The notes under the pieces: model-generated
Databases searched by the model: none
Told to the model about the DNA's origin: nothing
What the model saw: the letters and a program-made list of their open reading frames with translations, nothing else
Position numbers and translations under genes: made by a program
In this document: positions 54,642-61,562 of the stretch, one piece after another
How the letters are laid out: each line of letters begins with the position of its first letter
Position numbering within the stretch: the first letter of the stretch is position 1
From: an uncultured Pirellulales bacterium
GTDB taxonomy: Bacteria; Planctomycetota; Phycisphaerae; Sedimentisphaerales; Anaerobacaceae
DNA: 64,000 nucleotides
Direction: 5' to 3'
NCBI GenBank assembly: GCA_964581905.1
Contig: CAZOQJ010000001.1
Coordinates: forward strand, 21,653 to 85,652

Positions 54642-55828
54642 TAAAGAATCTGATTTATTTCAAATATAGGCAGTAAAATTGCAAGCACTATAAAGCCTAC
54701 AACGGCACCCATAACAACAAGTATCGCAGGCTCAAGTAGTGAGGTCAGCATTTTAGCTGTGCTCTCGACCTCACCCTCGTACATGTCTGCAATATTTATA
54801 AGACCATCCTCTACGTTTCCACTGACTTGAGCTGTAGCAATAACGTGAAACACAATGGGTGGAAACAACCCTGTTTTCCTTATTGCATTGGCGATAGCAT
54901 CACCCTTGCTAATGCTGTCTTTCACAGCGGTCAGGGCACCTGCAAGGAAGCTGTTTTTAATCACCCCTTTTGCAATCTCCAGTGCCCTAAGTATCGGAAT
55001 ACCGCTTGCAAGGAGTATTCCCAATGTTCTTGTCAGACGTACTATCTCCAGTTTAAGAAAAAGGTTACCAAAGAGGGGCAGCTTTAGTTTGAAGCTATCC
55101 GCAATCAATCTTCCATCTTTGGTTCTTAGCCATGCTCCAATTCCAAGGCAGGCCGTAAAAAGCACAACGGCAATTAACATAAAGTAAGTTTTTATAAGAG
55201 CGCTCGTTGCGATAAGCAATCTCGTGGGCCAGGGAAGAGCTCGATTCATTTCAAGAAAAATCTGCGTTATGCTGGGCACTACGAAAGATAGAAGAAATAC
55301 CACAACTCCGGCTGCAACCACAGTCATCATCGCAGGATACGCTACAGCGGACTTAACCTTACTGGCGAGATGCACACGTTTCTCCAGCATTTCCGCCAGT
55401 CGCAGGAGTATTTCTTCAAGAGTTCCGCTTTCCTCACCTGCGGCCACCATATTTACAAACAAGCTCGAAAAGACGCCTTGGTGTTTCCTAAGCGCATCGG
55501 CCAGTGTGCTGCCGGCATTAACACGGTCAGCAACTTGCTGCATAATTTCTGCAAGTGGATGTTTCTGGGTTCCCAAACGCACTATTCTGCGTTTGGGAAC
55601 ATCTTGTAACTGCTCGACTATTGCAGAAAGAGCAGGTACAAGTGGTAATCCTGCTCGCAACAGTGTCGCCAACTGACGCGCCAGCATACAGATATCTTTT
55701 GTGCTGATTCTTCTGAAAATGTCCCTTTGGTGTGTGTTTACCTGTGTTTCTGTACGGTCATTATTCGCGACAGCTCGACGTGCCGTGACCAGCTTGTTAC
55801 TTAACAGGTTTTGTTCAGCTACCGACAC
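54641..55828 (-). CDS. gspF: T2SS inner-membrane platform protein GspF
   Basis: 395 aa. Duplicated GspF/PilC domain (LATLLRAGLPLVPAL.. and LGILLASGIPILRALE) with three TM segments. Confidence 0.92.
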   Translation of the reverse strand: MSVAEQNLLSNKLVTARRAVANNDRTETQVNTHQRDIFRRISTKDICMLARQLATLLRAGLPLVPALSAIVEQLQDVPKRRIVRLGTQKHPLAEIMQQVADRVNAGSTLADALRKHQGVFSSLFVNMVAAGEESGTLEEILLRLAEMLEKRVHLASKVKSAVAYPAMMTVVAAGVVVFLLSFVVPSITQIFLEMNRALPWPTRLLIATSALIKTYFMLIAVVLFTACLGIGAWLRTKDGRLIADSFKLKLPLFGNLFLKLEIVRLTRTLGILLASGIPILRALEIAKGVIKNSFLAGALTAVKDSISKGDAIANAIRKTGLFPPIVFHVIATAQVSGNVEDGLINIADMYEGEVESTAKMLTSLLEPAILVVMGAVVGFIVLAILLPIFEINQIL

Positions 55829-57410
55829 GTTCAGTTACTCCTATGCTTGCCTGGGCGCTATCCTGTGTGACCCTGCATACTTCTTCAAGAGTGGTGTCAC
55901 CGGCCAATACCTTACGTAACCCATCCTCTCGCAGGGTGCTCATGCCTTTTTCAACGGCAACTTCTTTTATAATGTGCGAAGCGCTTCGTTTTACTATTAG
56001 TTCCTTGATATCGTCATCAACGACCAGCAGTTCAAAGATTCCTGTCCTTCCCAGATATCCTGTTTCAAGACAGTTCTCGCAGCCACGTCCTTTATAGAAC
56101 TGTGTGCCCGGCGCCGATATTTTCTCAAATTCACTGCATAGAGAAATTACCTGCTTATCCGGGCTGTATGGTCTTTTGCATTGTGGACAGTTGATTCGCA
56201 GGAGCCGCTGGGCCATAACTGCGGCGACCGACGATGAAATCAGGTAAGGTTCAATACCCATATCAATCAGTCGTGTTACCGCTGAGGCTGAGTCGTTTGT
56301 GTGCAAGGTGCTTAAAACCAGGTGACCGGTAAGTGAAGCTTGAATGGCAATCTGGGCGGTTTCGGTATCACGAATTTCTCCTATCATAATCACATCGGGG
56401 TCCTGCCTGAGAATGTGTCGCAGACAATTGGCAAACGTAAGATTTATTTTCGGCTTTATCTGCATTTGCCCAACACCGGGCAATTGATATTCTATTGGGT
56501 CTTCAACTGTAAGGATGTTTCGTTCTTCGCGGTTAAGTTCGTTCATAGCTGCATAGAGGGTAGTTGTCTTGCCGCTTCCTGTAGGACCGGTGAGCAAAAT
56601 TATACCATGCGGCAATCTAATCAGGTTCTTGAAGTGATTAAGTATATTCGGACAAAATCCTATCTCATCCAGGCCCAGTTTGGAGTTGCTCTTATCCAGC
56701 AGTCTCAGCATTACTCGCTCGCCGCCCAATGTAGGAATGACGGAAACTCTAATATCCACGAGGTTCTGGCCTATTTTAATTCGGCTTTGGCCGTCTTGTG
56801 GTAATCTTCGTTCGGCAATATTAAGATTTGCCATAATTTTCAATCGTGAAATGAGTGCTGCAATCTGCTGCTTCGGCAAAGTCAATATATCGTGCAACAC
56901 TCCATCAACCCGGAAGCGTATTCGCATTTCATTTTCGTATGGTTCGATATGAATATCACTGGCCCGGCTGTGCACCGCCTGGAAGAAGATTTTATTGACT
57001 AATTTTATGATGGGGGCCTTATTGGCGATATTGAGCAGGTCTTCAGCCCGAGTTTGAATGGGACTTCCGTCAACATCATCGTCATTGGCTGATAAATCTT
57101 GCGCATCAATGTTTGCACCGTCACTTTCCATATTAGTGCTTTGATAGTAACAGCGGCTTATGGCCTGTTCTATTTCGGAGGCGGGGCAGACAACTCGGCT
57201 GCACGGCTGGGCTAAGATGCTCGAAATTGCGTCGTATGCTTCTATATTGAGCGGCTCTGCCAGGGCGATTGCAGTCTGTCCGTTTTCCAGTGTGATTGGA
57301 ATAGCACACTGCTTTTTAAGAAACTCAAGCGGCAGCTTCCTTACAAGCTGCGGGTTCAACTGCTCCGGCAGTATAGTGTCCAAATACTGATTTGTTGTTT
57401 GTTTTTCCAA
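55815..57410 (-). CDS. gspE: T2SS ATPase GspE
   Basis: 531 aa. Walker A LTGPTGSGKTTTLYA, Asp/His boxes, and tetracysteine CPQCKRP..GCENC. Confidence 0.96.
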   Translation of the reverse strand: MEKQTTNQYLDTILPEQLNPQLVRKLPLEFLKKQCAIPITLENGQTAIALAEPLNIEAYDAISSILAQPCSRVVCPASEIEQAISRCYYQSTNMESDGANIDAQDLSANDDDVDGSPIQTRAEDLLNIANKAPIIKLVNKIFFQAVHSRASDIHIEPYENEMRIRFRVDGVLHDILTLPKQQIAALISRLKIMANLNIAERRLPQDGQSRIKIGQNLVDIRVSVIPTLGGERVMLRLLDKSNSKLGLDEIGFCPNILNHFKNLIRLPHGIILLTGPTGSGKTTTLYAAMNELNREERNILTVEDPIEYQLPGVGQMQIKPKINLTFANCLRHILRQDPDVIMIGEIRDTETAQIAIQASLTGHLVLSTLHTNDSASAVTRLIDMGIEPYLISSSVAAVMAQRLLRINCPQCKRPYSPDKQVISLCSEFEKISAPGTQFYKGRGCENCLETGYLGRTGIFELLVVDDDIKELIVKRSASHIIKEVAVEKGMSTLREDGLRKVLAGDTTLEEVCRVTQDSAQASIGVTERVGS

Positions 57411-57434
57411 ATTCGGTACTCACCAATGCTACTC

Positions 57435-57486
57435 TGCCCCCCCGCTCTTGCCCCTTAGGGGCTGCGGGGGCTACGAAGCACGAGTC
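57435..57486 (+). repeat. GC-rich nested-hairpin element ending in GCTGCGGGGGCTACGAAGCACGAGTC (copy 2)
   Basis: Outer stem GCCCCC(CC)GC..GCGGGGGC and inner GCCCC-TTA-GGGGC. The 3' half is near-identical to 32267..32296. Lies in the gspD-gspE spacer. Confidence 0.8.
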
Positions 57487-57540
57487 GGCTTTCTTATCCA
57501 TAGGACGCCTTACGGCGCAACCGAAAAAGTTATCCGGTTC

Positions 57541-59601
57541 TTAGTTCTCCTTGATGTTTTTCTCAAGTTCTTGCAGTTCTGGTTTCATTTCATCTTTCTT
57601 CTTCTCGGTTATCTGGTCTAAATCCTCCTGGTTACTCAGGACATACGGCGTTATAAATATGAGCAGATTCGTTTTCTGCACTTCATCTTTATTGTGCTTG
57701 AACAGGTTGCCAAGTATGGGAATGTCACCGACAAAGGGTATTTTCTTTTCAACAGTAGTTTTGTCATCGCGAATTAGTCCACCGATGACGATAGTCGAGC
57801 CGGAATTCATGGAAACAACGGTCTGTGCCTGTCTTTTAGCCGTTGTCGGAGTATCGGAGGAAGCGGTGGTTTCAATAAGCTTTGTGAACTCGCTGTCAAT
57901 TTCGAGCCTGACCAGGCCGCCCTGACTGATATGCGGCACTATCTCCAGACTGATTCCAACGTCTTTGTATTCGTATGTTTTTATCACGGTTGGAGTAAGT
58001 AAGTCGGTTGTTTCGGTAATTCTTGACTCGGTAACAAATGGCCTGTTTTCACCCACGATTATGCTGGCCTTTTGATGATTTGAGGTCATGATATGTGGCG
58101 TTGAAAGAATATTAACGCCGGTCTGTTTCTCCAACGCCGTTATTATTGCGCCGATGTTCGTAGTTGTGCCGCTTTTCTTCCATGCGCCGACACTTAGTCC
58201 TTCGAGGTCTCCACTTGCGAAATCCACGCGCGGACCAAAATTTGTTGACGCAAAAAATCGAATACTACTTTCTACAGCGTCATCGAGCGTTGCCCAGTCG
58301 ATACCTATTTCTTTTAAGCCCTCCTCGCTGACCTCCATAATGAGCATTTCAACTAAAACCTGCTCACGAATTATATCGAGCTTTTCGACAATCTCCGAGA
58401 TTACCTCAAAGTCCTGAGCTGAAGCACTGATTATCAGTGCGTTTGTACCTTCATCGGCGGCAATCTGAACCCCCTGTGGGGCTTCGAGTGCACCGGAGAT
58501 TCCTAAGTTCATAACAGCTTTGGTGAGTGATTCAGCAGTTTCTTTGGCTGGTGCGTTCTTAAGGTACATTACGCGAACATTAGCAGCTCTGCTCGGACGT
58601 TGAATATCAAGCTGATTTGCTAATTTTTTGATTGTTTCGGTGTCCTGAGTGTTAGCAACAACAATAAGAGAATTTGTTCTTACATCAGGTAAAATTTGGA
58701 TACCTCTGTTAATCTGTGGCGCATCCCGGCTACGTGCCGTCCGTGAAGGAACAGACTTGCTTTTCAGCATTATGCTGGTTATCTGTTCACTGAGAACCTG
58801 TGCGGAAGCATATTCCAATCCAATTACGGCAACTTGCTCTTTTGAGCCTGTTACGTCAAGTTTCTGAATAATTTTGGCAACATGATGTATATTTGAAGAT
58901 GCATCTGTAATCAAAATCGAATTCGTTCGGGGGTAGGTTGCCATATATGAGCTTGTGGCTAAAAGCGGCTTAATAATCTGACTTACTTCTGTAACATCAG
59001 CATATTTCAACGGAATAATCTGAGTAACAATAGAATCACTTTCAGGGATTTCCGACGGTTTGCTGCCAATGCGAACCTGTAAATTACGCTTGGAAGCTTC
59101 TGCTCTTGGGACTATTTTCACAAGGTCTCTAGCTGGCACAGCTGCATAGCCTTTTACTTCCAGAATCGATTCCAAAACCTTATAAATTTCACCAAGACGT
59201 ATCTTTGTAGGCGACATAACCGTAACAGTGCCGCGGACACTATCATCTACAATAAAATTAACCCCGGTTATATCTCCAATGGTCTTGAGCATAATCCGAA
59301 TATCAACCTGGTCGAAGTTTACAGATACAAGCTCATCAGCCATACCCGGATTGGTAAGTGCAGGCAGATTTACCCCCGCGTCTTGCTGTCGCAAGACAGC
59401 AGCGGGGGTATCAGAGCTCAATTGCTCTGCGACGTTGGTGGAGCTGTCCGCAAAGCTTATACAAAATATACAAATAAGACAGAAAAGACTTTTCGGCCTA
59501 CGGCGGGCTCCTCCCAGATGAGTTAACGGCTGTGATTTTCGCCTGTTTATATTTAAGTTCTTTAGGGGCATTGGTTTTACCTGCTCACCTGAAGTTCTCA
59601 T
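57541..59601 (-). CDS. gspD: T2SS outer-membrane secretin GspD
   Basis: 686 aa. N0-N3 domains and secretin core (TPHIMTSNHQKASIIVGENRPF, IVIGGLIRDD..KIPFVGDIPILGNLFK). The exact start is uncertain. Confidence 0.92.
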   Translation of the reverse strand: MRTSGEQVKPMPLKNLNINRRKSQPLTHLGGARRRPKSLFCLICIFCISFADSSTNVAEQLSSDTPAAVLRQQDAGVNLPALTNPGMADELVSVNFDQVDIRIMLKTIGDITGVNFIVDDSVRGTVTVMSPTKIRLGEIYKVLESILEVKGYAAVPARDLVKIVPRAEASKRNLQVRIGSKPSEIPESDSIVTQIIPLKYADVTEVSQIIKPLLATSSYMATYPRTNSILITDASSNIHHVAKIIQKLDVTGSKEQVAVIGLEYASAQVLSEQITSIMLKSKSVPSRTARSRDAPQINRGIQILPDVRTNSLIVVANTQDTETIKKLANQLDIQRPSRAANVRVMYLKNAPAKETAESLTKAVMNLGISGALEAPQGVQIAADEGTNALIISASAQDFEVISEIVEKLDIIREQVLVEMLIMEVSEEGLKEIGIDWATLDDAVESSIRFFASTNFGPRVDFASGDLEGLSVGAWKKSGTTTNIGAIITALEKQTGVNILSTPHIMTSNHQKASIIVGENRPFVTESRITETTDLLTPTVIKTYEYKDVGISLEIVPHISQGGLVRLEIDSEFTKLIETTASSDTPTTAKRQAQTVVSMNSGSTIVIGGLIRDDKTTVEKKIPFVGDIPILGNLFKHNKDEVQKTNLLIFITPYVLSNQEDLDQITEKKKDEMKPELQELEKNIKEN

Positions 59602-59613
59602 GCTGCTAACAAT

Positions 59614-60528
59614 TTACTGCAAAGAAAATGAGAATCTTTTAGTTTCATTACCACGCAACAGTTCTAAATTCATAGTTGCCTGTGACCTTGCCTTCTTGAA
59701 AATCTGGTAAGCTTTCTGCTTACTTGTTAATCGGTGGCCATTAACCATACGAATAACATCACCGTTTCTTAAGCCGATATGTTTCGCCGCTGGTATGTTT
59801 TCCAGGCCTGTTATTCTAAGTCCTTCTACTCGGTTGTCCGCGAAGCAAAGCTCGATGAGCGCCTTCTTCAGTATTGCCTCTACATATCCTATCCTGGTTT
59901 GAATTTTGACAGGGTCTTGCTCCTGTGGCGAATTGGTTTTCACCCCTGAGGGGCTATTATTGCTCGTCTGGCATGAAGATGCCCGGGCATTATTATCATC
60001 GTTGCTGCTGTACTTTCCATTGTTGAGACCTAATATTTTTCTTTCTCCGTTATGTACCAGAGTTACTGTATCTGTGTCTATGCCTTCAATGCGAGAGTTT
60101 CTGACCGTTTGGCCTATCTTGTAGAGGTCAAGCTCACTGGTTTTAAGGTCTTTTATGACAGCCCTCGAAACTGGTGGGCTGCCGGATATGGTGCCGAATA
60201 ATGCCAGCCCCAATTCCTCGGAAGCTGACTGCCAAGAGCCGGTAGGATTACTCATTGATGACCGTTTGCCTGTGTTCGTTTGGTCTGAAGTGCCGAATGG
60301 ATTTCTTTCTATGATATCAGCATAATCTTCCTGCGACAAAACAGGTGCTTCGATAGTTTTTCTTACACAGGCTTTGTCCCCACCCAATGCTGAGGCTGGG
60401 ACCAGGCCCTTTTTAATGCGCTCAGGCAACAGCACTTTTCCGGCAATTACATAACCCAACGCCAAGACAAGCACTAACTTGCTTATAGACAGAACCTTAT
60501 GAATATACAATATGTTATCTTTTTTCAT
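59614..60528 (-). CDS. gspC: T2SS protein GspC-like (TM + PDZ domain)
   Basis: 304 aa. N-terminal TM helix and C-terminal PDZ-like GLRITGLENIPAAKHIGLRNGDVIRMVNGHRL. Directly upstream of gspD. Confidence 0.65.
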   Translation of the reverse strand: MKKDNILYIHKVLSISKLVLVLALGYVIAGKVLLPERIKKGLVPASALGGDKACVRKTIEAPVLSQEDYADIIERNPFGTSDQTNTGKRSSMSNPTGSWQSASEELGLALFGTISGSPPVSRAVIKDLKTSELDLYKIGQTVRNSRIEGIDTDTVTLVHNGERKILGLNNGKYSSNDDNNARASSCQTSNNSPSGVKTNSPQEQDPVKIQTRIGYVEAILKKALIELCFADNRVEGLRITGLENIPAAKHIGLRNGDVIRMVNGHRLTSKQKAYQIFKKARSQATMNLELLRGNETKRFSFSLQ

Positions 60529-60705
60529 TTGAACACCCCTTCTCTGCCTTAAAATTTATCGTCCTGCTGTCAACCGTACTTAAGCCGAATCCTCCCTATC
60601 AGCTTTGTATATACGTTCACAGCAATATCGTGGTTGTGATGAGGCTATTTATGGGGCTAAGCAGGCACTTGCAGATGGACTCGCATAATAATTCGCTTCG
60701 TTACC

Positions 60706-61560
60706 TTAAGCGAGCACTATAGCTATCATGAAATAGCAGATGTTAGCAAGACCATGAAACAAGATTGGTGCGAGTAGCGATTTGGTGCGGATGAACAACC
60801 AGCCAAGAATCAAGCCAGGTAGAAACGTCCAGACCGATATTATCTGACCTTGGACTATTATGTGAGCGGCTGCAAAACAAGCGGCCGATAATAGTATGCT
60901 TATCCACATTCCGTCGCCATAGCGTCCCGTCGCCATAGCTATGGAGCGTCGGCGACTTTGGAGCGTCGGCGACTGCTGTAGCCGATATTGCTCTGATTCT
61001 ACCGTGCGTATTAACCTCAATATATTACCTTGCACATAACCCCTGAAAAATACTTCTTCAGCTACAGCAACGTACATAAACTGATAAAATATCCAGTAAG
61101 CCAGGTTTTGTCCCTCCGGCAGCACAGGACGCAGAGGCAAGTTTAATCCACAGGACCTTAGCAACGAACACCCAAAAAAGATTGCAGGAAAGACAAATAT
61201 ACAGGTCCAGCCAAGCACCGAAAGCGAATATCTAATCTGTTTGATGTTAAATCCTATCTTAGCAAACCTCCTTTTCTTAATTGCTGTTGGTATAATTGCC
61301 GCAGCAACCAGAGTACCTGGAGTTATAAACCAGCCAGCTCCGGAGAGAGAAGGGTTGCCGTTAAAGGCCGCGATTGCTAGAATTGCGGCAATCGTTACGA
61401 AGATGGTCTCTATGAGTAAAGATATATCGAGTTGCTTTAATCTGTTACTAAAAAGTTGTGCCGACCAGATGGTCGGCAGCAAATCGGTAATCTCAGAAAC
61501 CAATTTTGCGAAAAGATTGCAAAATGGTAGCTTACTTACATGACTGGGTAAATAGTCCAT
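60706..61560 (-). CDS. CPBP-family (CAAX/Abi-type) intramembrane protease
   Basis: The ATG at 61560 lies 2 nt after the upstream stop. Catalytic motifs VAEEVFFRGY (EExxxR), FAAAHII (FxxxH) and LFHGLANI (HxxxN/D). Polytopic membrane protein. Confidence 0.85.
   Translation of the reverse strand: MDYLPSHVSKLPFCNLFAKLVSEITDLLPTIWSAQLFSNRLKQLDISLLIETIFVTIAAILAIAAFNGNPSLSGAGWFITPGTLVAAAIIPTAIKKRRFAKIGFNIKQIRYSLSVLGWTCIFVFPAIFFGCSLLRSCGLNLPLRPVLPEGQNLAYWIFYQFMYVAVAEEVFFRGYVQGNILRLIRTVESEQYRLQQSPTLQSRRRSIAMATGRYGDGMWISILLSAACFAAAHIIVQGQIISVWTFLPGLILGWLFIRTKSLLAPILFHGLANICYFMIAIVLA
60911..60974 (-). repeat. two back-to-back DNA tandem duplications (13+3 nt x2, 15+2 nt x2) inside the CPBP gene
   Basis: CCGTCGCCATAGC gtc CCGTCGCCATAGC tat GGAGCGTCGGCGACT tt GGAGCGTCGGCGACT. 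The total of 66 nt keeps the frame. Confidence 0.85.
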
Positions 61561-61562
61561 TT

